Made by a program: the position numbers and the translations under genes
The notes under the pieces: generated by a model
Database searches by the model: none
Seen by the model: only the letters and a program-made list of their open reading frames with translations
What the model was told of the DNA's origin: nothing
Shown here: positions 1 through 9,747 of the stretch, one piece after another
Layout of the letters: each line of letters starts with the position of its first letter
Numbering within the stretch: position 1 is the first letter of the stretch
Assembly (NCBI GenBank): GCA_964447335.1
Contig: CAYUSA010000010.1
Coordinates: forward strand, 1,730 to 65,729
Reading direction: 5' to 3'
Length of the DNA stretch: 64,000 nt
DNA from: an uncultured Actinomycetes bacterium
GTDB lineage: Bacteria; Actinomycetota; UBA4738; HRBIN12

Positions 1-101
1 CTGTCCGCCACCGATGACGACGACGTCCGGAGATCCGGTCATGGTCGAGGACCTTACCGCACGCGGCCGGTCCTCCGCGGTGGGCGTGTAGCCTCGCTGC
101 G

Positions 102-1700
102 ATGAGCGTGCTCGAGGTCCGCAGCCTGTCGGTCGAGGTGGCCGGCCTGTCCATCCTGGAGGGGCTGACGTTCAGCCTGCGGCGGGGCGACAAGGTCGGC
201 GTCGTCGGGCGCAACGGCGCGGGGAAGACGAGCCTCCTGAAGGTCCTGGCCGGCGAGGCCCAGCCGCTTGCGGGCACCGTGCGCGCGCGTGGGGCGCTCG
301 GATACCTGCGCCAGGACCCTCGCCAGCACCGGGCGGACGAGGACCACACCGGCCTCGCCCACGTCCTGCAGGCCCGAGGGCTGCTCGAGATGGCCGCTCG
401 GCTGGAGAAGGAGCGGATCGGGCTCGAGGAGCGCCCGACCGAGGCGCGCGTGTCGCGGTTCACGAGGCTCGAAGAACGCTACCGCGCCGCCGGCGGCTAC
501 TCGGGCGAGGCCGAGGTCCGGCGGATCGCGAACGGTCTCGGGCTCGCGCAGGACCGGCTCGACCTGCCGGTGCCGGCGCTCTCGGGGGGAGAGCGGCGCC
601 GGCTCGAGCTCACGCGGATCCTGTTCGCGGGCTCGGACGTGCTGCTGCTCGACGAGCCGACGAACCACCTCGACAGCGACGCGAAGGCCTGGCTGATGAA
701 GTTCCTCGCGACGACGAAGGCCGCGCTCATGGTCGTGAGCCACGACCTGGCGCTCCTCGACACGTCGATCACGCGGATCCTGCACCTGGACCACGACGGC
801 GTCGTCCAGTACCGGGGCACGTACTCGCAGTACCGCGAGTCGAGGCGGCGCGACGAGGTGCGCCTGGCCGCCCTCGCCGAACGCCAGCATGCGGAGATCA
901 AGCGTCTGGAGACCCTCGCGGACTCGATGCGGGGACAGACGGTTCGGCGGGCGCGGGTCGCGAAGACCATCGACTCGCGCGTCTCCCGGCTGCGGACCCA
1001 CGCCGTCGAGGGCCCGACGCGCGAGCGCGCGGTCCGCTACCGCTTCCCGGCCCCGCCGCACTCGGGCAACCTCGTGCTCGAGGCGACCGGCCTCACGAAG
1101 GGGTACGGGGGGCCGCCGGTCTTCGAGGGCCTGGACTTCACGGTCTCGCGAGGCGAGCGGCTGCTCGTGATGGGGCTGAACGGCGCGGGCAAGACCACGC
1201 TCCTCAAGATCCTCGCGGGGATCTCGGAGGCCGACGCGGGGTCGTTCCGGCTCGGGGCGGGTGTCTCGCTCGGGTACTACGCCCAGGAGCACGAGGGCAT
1301 CCGCGACGGCGTCGAGGTGCTCGCCCACGTCCGGGCCGAGTCCGCGGACGCGACCGACCAGGACCTGCGCTCGCTCCTCGGGATGTTCGGGCTGGTGGGC
1401 GAGGTCGCGTTCCAGGACGCGGGGACGCTCTCGGGCGGGGAGAAGACGAAGCTCGCCGTGGCGCAGCTCGTCGCCGGGCGCAGGAACCTCGTGCTCCTGG
1501 ACGAGCCGACGAACAACCTCGACCCTCCCTCGCGGACGGCGATCGCCGAGGCGCTCGGCGCCTGGAAGGGCACGATGGTCCTCGTGAGCCACGACATCGG
1601 GTTCGTCGAAGCTCTCGCGCCGGGCCGGGTCCTCATGATGCCGGACGGCAACGTCGAGTTCTGGAGCGACGACCTGCTCGAGCTGGTGGCGCTCGCATAG
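102..1700 (+). CDS. ABC-F family ATP-binding protein
   Basis: Two ABC cassettes (GRNGAGKT/LSGGE/LLLDEPTNHLD and GLNGAGKT/LSGGE/LDEPTNNLD) and no TM segments. Confidence 0.93.
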   Translation: MSVLEVRSLSVEVAGLSILEGLTFSLRRGDKVGVVGRNGAGKTSLLKVLAGEAQPLAGTVRARGALGYLRQDPRQHRADEDHTGLAHVLQARGLLEMAARLEKERIGLEERPTEARVSRFTRLEERYRAAGGYSGEAEVRRIANGLGLAQDRLDLPVPALSGGERRRLELTRILFAGSDVLLLDEPTNHLDSDAKAWLMKFLATTKAALMVVSHDLALLDTSITRILHLDHDGVVQYRGTYSQYRESRRRDEVRLAALAERQHAEIKRLETLADSMRGQTVRRARVAKTIDSRVSRLRTHAVEGPTRERAVRYRFPAPPHSGNLVLEATGLTKGYGGPPVFEGLDFTVSRGERLLVMGLNGAGKTTLLKILAGISEADAGSFRLGAGVSLGYYAQEHEGIRDGVEVLAHVRAESADATDQDLRSLLGMFGLVGEVAFQDAGTLSGGEKTKLAVAQLVAGRRNLVLLDEPTNNLDPPSRTAIAEALGAWKGTMVLVSHDIGFVEALAPGRVLMMPDGNVEFWSDDLLELVALA

Positions 1701-1748
1701 GACGGCGGTCACGCCGGGCGCCGGGTCTCGATATGCTCACGCCGGCCC

Positions 1749-3437
1749 GTGGACGAAAGGACCCGCACGATGCCAGCGAACGGTTCCGCCGATCTCGTGT
1801 TCGTGGATGGTGCCGTCTACACGGTGGACGCCACGCGGAGGTGGGCGGACGCGGTCGCCGTGAAGGACGGCAGGATCGCCGCCGTCGGCACCGACGCCCA
1901 TGTCCGTGAGCTCGTCGGACCCCGGACCGAGGTGATCGATCTCGCCGGCAAGATGCTCCTGCCGGGGTTCCAGGACGCGCACGTCCACCCGCCGGCCTCG
2001 GGCGTCGACATGCTCCTGTGCGACCTGCACGACGTCGGGAGCCTCGACGACTACCGCCGGCTGATCAGGGAGTACGCCGACACGCACCCGGACGCGGAGT
2101 GGATCCTCGGCGGCGGGTGGTCGATGGACGTCTTCCCCGGCGGCACGCCGAGGAAGGACATCCTGGACGAGCTCGTGCCGGACCGGCCCGTGTACCTGCC
2201 CAATCGGGACGGGCACAGCGGATGGGTGAACTCCAAGGCCATGAAGATCGGCGGTATCACGCGGGACACGCCGGACCCGGCCGACGGTCGTATCGAGCGC
2301 GACGCGCTCGGGGAGCCGTCGGGCACGCTGCACGAGGGCGCGCAGGGCCTCGTCGCCGATCACGCGCCCGAACCGACATCCGCGGAGTGGGAGCAGGGCC
2401 TGGTGAAGGCGCAGGCGCATCTGCACTCGCTCGGCATCACGGCGTGGCAGGACGCGATCGTGGGGGGTTCGTATCCGACGCTCGACGCCTACATCGCCGT
2501 CGCCGAACGGGGGGAGCTGACCGCGCGGGTCGTGGGCGCGCTCTGGTGGGACCGGCACCGCGGGCTCGAGCAGGTCGAGGAGCTCCTGGACGGCCGCGCG
2601 CGAGGCCGTGTCGGCCGGTTCGCCGCGACGAGCGTGAAGATCATGGTCGACGGCGTGTGCGAGAACTTCACCGCGGCCGTGCTCGAGCCGTACCTCGACG
2701 CCCACGGCCACCCGACGGACAACCGCGGGATCTCCTTCGTCGAGGCCGAGTTGCTGAAGCGGGCCGTGACGCGGCTGGACGCCGAGGGCTTCCAGGTCCA
2801 CTTCCACGCGCTCGCGGAGCGCGCGGTGCGAGAGGCGCTCGATGCCGTCGAGGCCGCACGGGTCGCGAACGGCCCGAACGACCACCGTCACCACCTCGCG
2901 CACCTCCAGGTCGTGCATCCCGACGACATCCCGCGGTTCCGGCGGCTGGACGCGATCGCGAACGCCCAGCCGCTGTGGGCGGCGCACGAGGTGCAGATGG
3001 ACGAGCTCACGATCCCGTTCCTCGGCGAGCCGAGATGGACGTGGCAGTACCCCTTCGCGAGCCTCGTTCGCGCGGGCGCCGTACTCGCGATGGGGAGCGA
3101 CTGGAGCGTCTCGAGCCCCGATCCGCTCGAGGAGATGCACGTGGCCGTGAACCGCGTGATGCCGCCCGACTACCCCTACCGGGTGGATCGCAGCGACGTG
3201 TTCCTGCCGGACGAGCGGATCGATCTGCCGACGGCGATCGCGTGCTTCACGATGGGCTCGGCCTACGCGAACCACCTGGAGGACATGACCGGCTCGATCG
3301 AGGTCGGCAAGTACGCGGACCTCGCGGTGGTGGATCGCAACCTCTTCGAGCACCCGACGGAGGAGATCGCGCTCGCGGAGATCGTGCTCACGCTCGTCGA
3401 GGGCGAGCGCGTCTACGCCGCCGCCGACCTCGCCTGA
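1749..3437 (+). CDS. Amidohydrolase 3 (YtcJ/NfdA-like) metal-dependent hydrolase
   Basis: PGFQDAHVHP, RDGHSGWVNS, VHFHA, HHLAH, GSDW and GSIEVGKYADL motifs; start could be 1770. Confidence 0.88.
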   Translation: MDERTRTMPANGSADLVFVDGAVYTVDATRRWADAVAVKDGRIAAVGTDAHVRELVGPRTEVIDLAGKMLLPGFQDAHVHPPASGVDMLLCDLHDVGSLDDYRRLIREYADTHPDAEWILGGGWSMDVFPGGTPRKDILDELVPDRPVYLPNRDGHSGWVNSKAMKIGGITRDTPDPADGRIERDALGEPSGTLHEGAQGLVADHAPEPTSAEWEQGLVKAQAHLHSLGITAWQDAIVGGSYPTLDAYIAVAERGELTARVVGALWWDRHRGLEQVEELLDGRARGRVGRFAATSVKIMVDGVCENFTAAVLEPYLDAHGHPTDNRGISFVEAELLKRAVTRLDAEGFQVHFHALAERAVREALDAVEAARVANGPNDHRHHLAHLQVVHPDDIPRFRRLDAIANAQPLWAAHEVQMDELTIPFLGEPRWTWQYPFASLVRAGAVLAMGSDWSVSSPDPLEEMHVAVNRVMPPDYPYRVDRSDVFLPDERIDLPTAIACFTMGSAYANHLEDMTGSIEVGKYADLAVVDRNLFEHPTEEIALAEIVLTLVEGERVYAAADLA

Positions 3438-3630
3438 GCTCGGAGCGGTGCCCCTCGGCCCCGAGGCCGACCACACCACCGCTGGTCGGCGGCTGCGCCC
3501 GTCCTCTGACTGCTGGTCAACCCCGTTGTTGCCGGAGGACACCCGTCGCCGCACGATACCGGCGCATCCCGGTGGGGGATCGGCAGCGGCCGCATCGGTC
3601 GCGCGCCCGGAGGCGACGGGAGGTCGGTGG

Positions 3631-4782
3631 ATGGCGTTCGACATGAGCCTGGTACAACGCGGCGCGCGGAACCGGCGCACGCCCTACTACGAGGCCACGC
3701 AGAAGTACGACCCGAAGGGCTTCACGGTCTACAACCACATGTACTTCCCGATCCGTTTCGACACCTTCGAGGCGGAGTTCGAGTCGCTGCTGAACGACGT
3801 GACCCTGTGGGACGTCTCGGTCGAGCGCTGCCTGGAGATCTCGGGTCCGGACGGCTTCACGTTCGCGCAGCTGCTCACCCCGCGCGACCTGTCGAAGTGC
3901 GCGGTCGGCCAGGCCAAGTACGTGCTCATCTGCGACGGGGACGGCGGGATCATCAACGACCCGGTGCTCACGCGCATGGACGAGACCACGTTCTGGTTCG
4001 CGCTCGCGTCCTCGGACGCGCTCCTGTTCGCTCGCGGCCTGAAGAACGCCTACCCGCAGCTCGACGTCACGATCCGCGAGGCCGACGTCGCGCCCCTACA
4101 GGTCCAGGGCCCCAAGTCCAAGCCCCTCATGCACAAGCTCCTGGGCGACGCCGTGTCCGACCTGCGCTACTACTACTGGATGCACGCCGAGATCGCGGGC
4201 GTGCCCGTGGTGGTGACGCGAACCGGCTGGACGTCCGAGGTCGGCTACGAGGTCTACACGACCGACACCTCGCGCGGTGTCGAGGTCTACGAGGCGATCA
4301 TGACGGCGGGGCAGGCGTTCGGGATCAAGCCGACCGGGCCGAGCGACATCCGTCGGATCGAGGGCGCGATCTTCAACTGGGGCGCCGACATGACGTACGA
4401 GAACAACCCGCTCGAGCTGGGGCTCGAGCGGGTTGTCGACTGGGACCTCGCGGACGAAGCGAGCATCTCGCTGAAGGCGCTCCGCCGGATCAAGGAGACA
4501 GGCGTCGAGCGCAAGATCGTGGGCCTCGAGGTCGACGGCGAGCCGTTCGAGGCGCTCAACAACACGAAGTGGCCGGTCACCGCGGACGGCGCGAGGATCG
4601 GCAAGGTGACCTCGGCGATCCACTCGCCGCGGCTCGGCAAGAACATCGGGTTCGCGTGGGTGCCGGTCGGCTCGGCGGCCGTGGGGACCCCGCTCGGCGT
4701 CGAGTCCGAGTGGGGCACTCGGGGCGCCGTGGTGGTGGACATGCCCTTCGTGGATCCGAACAAGCAGATCCCGGTCTCGTAG
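3631..4782 (+). CDS. GcvT-fold aminomethyltransferase, DmdA-like THF-dependent demethylase (paralog 1)
   Basis: RRTP..GFTVYNHM..P, LWDV..ER, GPD..LLTPRD, GGIINDPV, RTGWTSEVGYE, RRIEGA; GGGAGG RBS at 3618-3623. Confidence 0.85.
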   Translation: MAFDMSLVQRGARNRRTPYYEATQKYDPKGFTVYNHMYFPIRFDTFEAEFESLLNDVTLWDVSVERCLEISGPDGFTFAQLLTPRDLSKCAVGQAKYVLICDGDGGIINDPVLTRMDETTFWFALASSDALLFARGLKNAYPQLDVTIREADVAPLQVQGPKSKPLMHKLLGDAVSDLRYYYWMHAEIAGVPVVVTRTGWTSEVGYEVYTTDTSRGVEVYEAIMTAGQAFGIKPTGPSDIRRIEGAIFNWGADMTYENNPLELGLERVVDWDLADEASISLKALRRIKETGVERKIVGLEVDGEPFEALNNTKWPVTADGARIGKVTSAIHSPRLGKNIGFAWVPVGSAAVGTPLGVESEWGTRGAVVVDMPFVDPNKQIPVS

Positions 4783-4835
4783 GGACGAAACAGGGCAGGG
4801 AGGGCCGGCCGGTGGACGACCTCTCGGCGACCCTC

Positions 4836-4917
4836 CTGAAGGGTGATTCAGATGGAGGAGGCGTGCTCGGACCTCAGAGTTCCTTGCGCAGTGGGTCCCC
4901 GTTGAACGAATATTCAG
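4836..4917. promoter_or_regulatory. Two TGAA-N6-TTCAG palindromic boxes (4836-4851, 4902-4917), candidate operators
   Basis: ctgaagggtgattcag and ttgaacgaatattcag in the intergenic gap. Confidence 0.35.
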
Positions 4918-4969
4918 CCCATCGCCCCGGGTGCGAGGCCCGGGCGGGGGAGCGGAGGGGGACGCGCTG

Positions 4970-6145
4970 ATGACGAACGAGCGAGAGGCGATGCTCGCGA
5001 AGAGCACCACGCTGTACTTCGGCCCGTGGTACCGACGGTCGCCGTATTTCGAGTCCACCCGCAAGGCGGGGTGCTCCGCGTACGACATCTACAACCACAT
5101 GCTGCTGCCCTCGTACTACGACGACCCGGAGACCGAGTACTGGGCGCTCGCGAACGACGTGACCCTGTGGGACGTGGGCGTCGAGCGCACCGTCGAGGTG
5201 AGCGGCCCGGACGCCGACCGGCTCGTCGACATGCTGACGTGCCGCGACCTCACGAGCTGCCAGGTCAAGCAGGGCAAGTACATGCTGGTCATCGCGCCGC
5301 ACGGGGGCATCGTGAACGACCCCGTCCTCATGCACATCGGGCCGAACCGCTGGTGGATGCAGCTCGCCGACAGCGACACCGGCCTCTATGCCATGGGCGT
5401 CGCCGCGAGCTCGGGTCTGGACGTCGAGGTCACCTACCCCGAGGTCTACCCGTGCCAGGTCCAGGGCCCGAAGGCCGCGGTGACCCTCGAGAAGCTGGTC
5501 GGCCCGGCGATCTACGACCTCAAGTACTACTGGTGCGACGAGTTCGAGATCGAGAGCATCCCCGTGGTCATCACGCGGACCGGATGGACGGCCGTGCCCG
5601 GCTTCGAGGTGAACATCCTGGGGGCCGAGGGCGGCGGTCGCCTGTGGGACACGATCCTAGGCGCCGGGGAGGAGTTCGCCATCCGGCCGATCGCACCGTG
5701 CGAGGCCCGGCGCATCGAGGCCGGGATCTTCAACTACAACTCCGACATGACGATCGACGACACGCCGTTCCACCTGATGGGGCTCGAGCGCCTCGTCGAG
5801 GAGCAGCCGCAGGACTACATCGGCAAGGAAGCTCTCGAGCGGATCCGGCGCGAGGGCGTGGACCGCAAGCTCGTCGGCATCGAGCTCGAGATGCAGGAGC
5901 TCGAGGCCGAGCTCGAGTGGTTCTGGCCCGTGCACCACGGCGGGCGTGAGGTCGGCAAGGTGACCGACGCCGTCTGGTCGCCCGGCCTGCGGAAGAGCAT
6001 CGGTTTCGTGTGGGTCCCGATCGACCTCGCCGAGCCCGGCAACGAGCTCGACGTGGAGACGCCCGACGGCATCGTCAAGGGCCGCACGGCGGCGATCCCG
6101 TTCGTGGATCCGCGCAAGGAGGTTCCGGCCGGCACGCTCCGGTAG
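4970..6145 (+). CDS. GcvT-fold aminomethyltransferase, DmdA-like (paralog 2)
   Basis: YRRSPY..YDIYNHMLLP, LWDVGVER, GGIVNDPV, RTGWT..GFE, RRIEAG; GGAGG RBS. Confidence 0.85.
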   Translation: MTNEREAMLAKSTTLYFGPWYRRSPYFESTRKAGCSAYDIYNHMLLPSYYDDPETEYWALANDVTLWDVGVERTVEVSGPDADRLVDMLTCRDLTSCQVKQGKYMLVIAPHGGIVNDPVLMHIGPNRWWMQLADSDTGLYAMGVAASSGLDVEVTYPEVYPCQVQGPKAAVTLEKLVGPAIYDLKYYWCDEFEIESIPVVITRTGWTAVPGFEVNILGAEGGGRLWDTILGAGEEFAIRPIAPCEARRIEAGIFNYNSDMTIDDTPFHLMGLERLVEEQPQDYIGKEALERIRREGVDRKLVGIELEMQELEAELEWFWPVHHGGREVGKVTDAVWSPGLRKSIGFVWVPIDLAEPGNELDVETPDGIVKGRTAAIPFVDPRKEVPAGTLR

Positions 6146-6173
6146 CGGCCGGTGGTACGGGAGGCGCCGAACG

Positions 6174-6608
6174 ATGGCGAAGACCAGGCTCGACCGCAGG
6201 CCCCCGGCCACGGCCCCGCCCTCGGGCGGGCTCCGTCGGGCCATGCTGCTCGTCGAGCGCTCGATGAAGGAGTCGGTCTGGGACTGCCGGATGTGCGGGC
6301 AGTGCATCCTGCACTCGGCCGGCATGTCGTGCCCGATGCGCTGCCCGAAGAACCTTCGCAACGGGCCCTGCGGCGGGGTCCTGCAGAACGGGCACTGCGA
6401 GGTGCTTCCGGAGGTGCCCTGCGTGTGGGTGCAGGCGTGGGAGGGCTCGCGCAAGCTGCCGGTGTGGCGGGATCACCTCCGGCACGTCCAACGGCCGGTG
6501 GACTGGCGCCTGCAGGAGACCTCCTCGTGGGAGAACCTCCTCACCCGGCGCGACGTGCGGAACCCGGCGGGCTGGACGGCCTACGAGTCGAGGCGGCGAC
6601 CCGCATGA
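6174..6608 (+). CDS. MTHFR C-terminal-like Cys-rich (MetV-type) protein
   Basis: DCRMCGQCIL..CPMRCPKNLRNGPCGG..GHCEV..CVW; overlaps the metF start. Confidence 0.85.
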   Translation: MAKTRLDRRPPATAPPSGGLRRAMLLVERSMKESVWDCRMCGQCILHSAGMSCPMRCPKNLRNGPCGGVLQNGHCEVLPEVPCVWVQAWEGSRKLPVWRDHLRHVQRPVDWRLQETSSWENLLTRRDVRNPAGWTAYESRRRPA

Positions 6609-7552
6609 CCTTGCCTCGCAGCCGTCTGCACGAACTGTTCGCAGCGGGCGAGTTCGTCGTCACGGCCGAGCTCCAGACCACCGACAGCGCCGAGCCGAGG
6701 TCGGTGCTCGAGCTCGCCGAGACCCTCCGGGGGCACGTCGACGCCGTCAACTGCACGGACAACAGCGCGGCTCATCCGCACATCTCGGGCGTCGCCGCGG
6801 CGCACCTCCTGATCGACGGCGGTGTGGAGCCGATCCTGCAGTTCGCGTGCCGGGACCGGAACCGATTGGCGCTGCAGGCGGACCTGCTCGGCGCGGCCGC
6901 CCTCGGTGTGCGCAACGTGTGCCTGATGACGGGCGACGACGTCACCGCCGGCGACCATCCCGAGGCCAAGCCGATCTACGACGTGGACTCGGTGCACCTG
7001 CTCCGGATCGCCCGGATCATGCGCGACGAGGGGACCTACCTGTCCGGCCGCAAGCTCGAGCACCCCCCGAGCTTCCTGATCGGCGCGGTCGAGAACCCGT
7101 TCGCTCCGCCGCAGGAGTTCCGTGCGATGCGGCTCGGAATGAAGATCGAGGCCGGCGCGGAGTTCATCCAGACGCAGATCTGCTTCGACCTGCCGGTCAT
7201 GCGCCTGTTCATGGCCCGAGCGGGCGATCTCGGTCAGCTCGGCGAGGTCCCGATCCTCGGCGGGGTGTTCGTCCTTCGCACCGCGAAGAACGCCCGGTAC
7301 CTGCGGGATCAGGTCCCCGGCATCGACGTCCCCGACGCCATGATCGACCGGATGGAGTCGGTGCCGCCGGAGCGCCAGGGTGAGGAGGGGGTCCGCATCG
7401 CGATCGAGCTCGTGCGGGAGCTCCGCGAGATCTCGGGCATCCGCGGCGTGCACCTGATGGGCTTCCGCAACCAGGCGGCGATCCTGCGCGTGATCGAGGA
7501 AGCGGGGCTGCTCCCGCGGCCGACCCCGGTCGCAGGCGTCGCGGTCGGCTAG
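6605..7552 (+). CDS. metF: Methylenetetrahydrofolate reductase
   Basis: DAVNCTDN, CRDRNRLALQADLLGA, TGDD, KIEAGAEFIQTQ, GVHLM; ATG at 6605. Confidence 0.88.
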   Translation: MTLPRSRLHELFAAGEFVVTAELQTTDSAEPRSVLELAETLRGHVDAVNCTDNSAAHPHISGVAAAHLLIDGGVEPILQFACRDRNRLALQADLLGAAALGVRNVCLMTGDDVTAGDHPEAKPIYDVDSVHLLRIARIMRDEGTYLSGRKLEHPPSFLIGAVENPFAPPQEFRAMRLGMKIEAGAEFIQTQICFDLPVMRLFMARAGDLGQLGEVPILGGVFVLRTAKNARYLRDQVPGIDVPDAMIDRMESVPPERQGEEGVRIAIELVRELREISGIRGVHLMGFRNQAAILRVIEEAGLLPRPTPVAGVAVG

Positions 7553-7641
7553 CCTGGGAGCGGATCTTGAACCCATGTCCGCCCGGCGGCGAAGGCAAGG
7601 GTGGATCCAGGGCTGGCCCGCGAAGGAAAGGATCACCCCCG

Positions 7642-8748
7642 ATGAAACGCTGGATCGCCACGGCCGCGGCCGTCGCGCTGCTCGTCCTGCCGGCGTGCAC
7701 TCGGAGCATCGTCGAGGCGGGTCCGGTGGTGTCCCCGGCGCTCCTGCGCACCGCCTCCGGTACCCCCGGCATCGACCCATCGATCGACCCCATCGTGCAG
7801 CTCGTGCAGCGCGTGCGGCCGGCGGTCGTGAACGTCACCACGGACACGATCGACACCGGCTCCTTCGGCGGCAGCGGCAAGGGCGTCGGGACCGGCTTCG
7901 TGGTCCGCGCGGACGGCGTCATCGTCACCAACTACCACGTCGTCGAGCGCGCCCAGAGCATCACGGTCATCACGCCCGAGCCGGATGCTGAGAAGTACCA
8001 GGCCCGGGTGATCGGCGGAGACGAGGCGGCCGACCTCGCGGTCCTGAAGATCGAGGCGCAGGGGCTGCCGACGATCCCGCTCGGTGACTCGGCAAAGCTG
8101 CAGCTCGGCCAGCCCGTGGTGGCGATCGGCTACGCGCTCGCGCTCGAGGGCGGCCCGACCGTGACGACGGGGATCGTCTCGGCGCTCGGGCGCACGATCG
8201 AGGCCACCGACCCGAACTGCCGATCCTGCGACAACGGCGTCCGCACGTACAGCGACGTCATCCAGACCGACGCGGCCATCAACCCCGGGAACTCGGGGGG
8301 GCCGCTCCTCAACCTGGACGGCGAGGTCATCGGGATCAACTCGGCAGGAGCCGGGTCCGCGGAGAACATCGGCTTCGCGATCGCGATCGACGCCGCGAAG
8401 CCCACCATCACCGCGGCCACGGAGAACCCCTCGGCGCCGGTGGCATACCTCGGCGTCGTCACGCAGGACGTGACCGAGGGCCTGTCCTTCCAGTTCGCGC
8501 TGCCCGTCACGCAGGGCGCGTACGTGGTGGATCTGTCCACGAACGGCCCGGCCGAGACGGCCGGGATCCGGGTGGGCGACGTCGTGGTGTCGTTCGACGG
8601 CAAGGACGTGCCGGACTCCGATTCGCTCGGGCAGCTGATCCGTTCCCTCAAGCCGGACCAGCGCGTCCAGGTCGTGGTCGTCGGCTCGAACGGCGACCGT
8701 CGCACCGTGAGCGTCACGCTCGGCGTCAACCCGCTGCCGCAGTCCTAG
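7642..8748 (+). CDS. HtrA/DegP-family serine protease with PDZ domain, probable lipoprotein
   Basis: TNYHVV, DLAVLK, IQTDAAINPGNSGGPL triad; C-terminal PDZ; lipobox-like LPAC. Confidence 0.92.
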   Translation: MKRWIATAAAVALLVLPACTRSIVEAGPVVSPALLRTASGTPGIDPSIDPIVQLVQRVRPAVVNVTTDTIDTGSFGGSGKGVGTGFVVRADGVIVTNYHVVERAQSITVITPEPDAEKYQARVIGGDEAADLAVLKIEAQGLPTIPLGDSAKLQLGQPVVAIGYALALEGGPTVTTGIVSALGRTIEATDPNCRSCDNGVRTYSDVIQTDAAINPGNSGGPLLNLDGEVIGINSAGAGSAENIGFAIAIDAAKPTITAATENPSAPVAYLGVVTQDVTEGLSFQFALPVTQGAYVVDLSTNGPAETAGIRVGDVVVSFDGKDVPDSDSLGQLIRSLKPDQRVQVVVVGSNGDRRTVSVTLGVNPLPQS

Positions 8749-8783
8749 GGCCGGGGGTCCGCGCGCGCGGGTACCCTCGGCGC

Positions 8784-9554
8784 GTGCGGCGGATCGGGCT
8801 GCGGGTGGGCAGCGTCCTCGGGATCGAGCTCTCGCTGCACGTCTCATGGTTCCCGGTGTTCGCGCTCGTCGCCTGGGCGACGACGACCGGGTTCGGCGAC
8901 GTGTATCCGGAGCTCTCGGCGCCGGTGCGTGGGGCGATGGGCTTCGTGACCGGCGTGGCGTTCTTCGCGTGTCTCACGGTGCACGAGCTCGCCCACGCGG
9001 TGACCGCCCGGCGCTTCGGGATCCGGGTCCGGGGCATCACGCTGTTCCTGTTCGGAGGCGTCGCCGAGATCGACGGCGAGGTCCCGACCCCGGCGCGTGA
9101 GTTCGCCGTCGCGCTCGTGGGGCCGGCGGTGTCCCTCGCGCTCGGCGGGGCGCTCGCCCTCGGGACGACGTGGGCGAGCGGAGCACCGGTCGTCGAGGGC
9201 GTGCTCGGCACGCTTGCGCTCGTGAACCTCGGCGTCGCGGTGTTCAACCTCGTGCCGGGGCTGCCGCTCGACGGAGGCCGCTTGCTGCGTGCCGGCCTGT
9301 GGCGGATGACCGGCTCCTACACCCGGGCGACGAGGATCGCGGCCGTCGGCGGCGAGGTCGTCGCGGTGCTGCTCGTGGCCCTCGGTCTCGGCCTCGCGGT
9401 ATCGAGCGGCGAGCCCGCTGGGCTCTGGTACCTCCCGATGGGGGGCTTCCTGTGGGTCCTCGCGCGCTCGGCGGGGCGCCGTCGGTCGCCCTCCGGAGTA
9501 GGTGGGTTAGCCTTGGAGGGCCGTGAGGATCAAGCTCCGCAACCCCGACCGTGA
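8784..9554 (+). CDS. Site-2 protease (M50) membrane metalloprotease
   Basis: HELAH, FNLVPGLPLDGG, multiple TM segments. Confidence 0.9.
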   Translation: MRRIGLRVGSVLGIELSLHVSWFPVFALVAWATTTGFGDVYPELSAPVRGAMGFVTGVAFFACLTVHELAHAVTARRFGIRVRGITLFLFGGVAEIDGEVPTPAREFAVALVGPAVSLALGGALALGTTWASGAPVVEGVLGTLALVNLGVAVFNLVPGLPLDGGRLLRAGLWRMTGSYTRATRIAAVGGEVVAVLLVALGLGLAVSSGEPAGLWYLPMGGFLWVLARSAGRRRSPSGVGGLALEGREDQAPQPRP

Positions 9555-9747
9555 GCTCGAGGTCGCCGGGGACCGAAAGGTCCAGGACGTCCTGACCGAG
9601 CTCGCCATCAACCCGGACACCGTGCTGGTGATCCGGGACCGAGAGCTGCTCACGCGGGAGGACCGGGTGGGGGACCAGGACGCGATCGAGATCCGGCCGG
9701 TGATCTCCGGCGGGGCGCGGGCGGCCGCCCTCGGGAGGCACTCGTGA
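9523..9747 (+). CDS. MoaD/ThiS/TtuB-like ubiquitin-fold sulfur carrier
   Basis: 74 aa, IEIRPVISGG motif followed by a 10-aa extension; directly upstream of TtuA-like gene. Confidence 0.8.
   Translation: MRIKLRNPDRELEVAGDRKVQDVLTELAINPDTVLVIRDRELLTREDRVGDQDAIEIRPVISGGARAAALGRHS

Noticed and set aside
3631-6145. Calling either aminomethyltransferase gcvT
   Set aside because: Both lack the canonical GcvT N-terminal signature, show DmdA-clade motifs, and lie far from gcvH/gcvP
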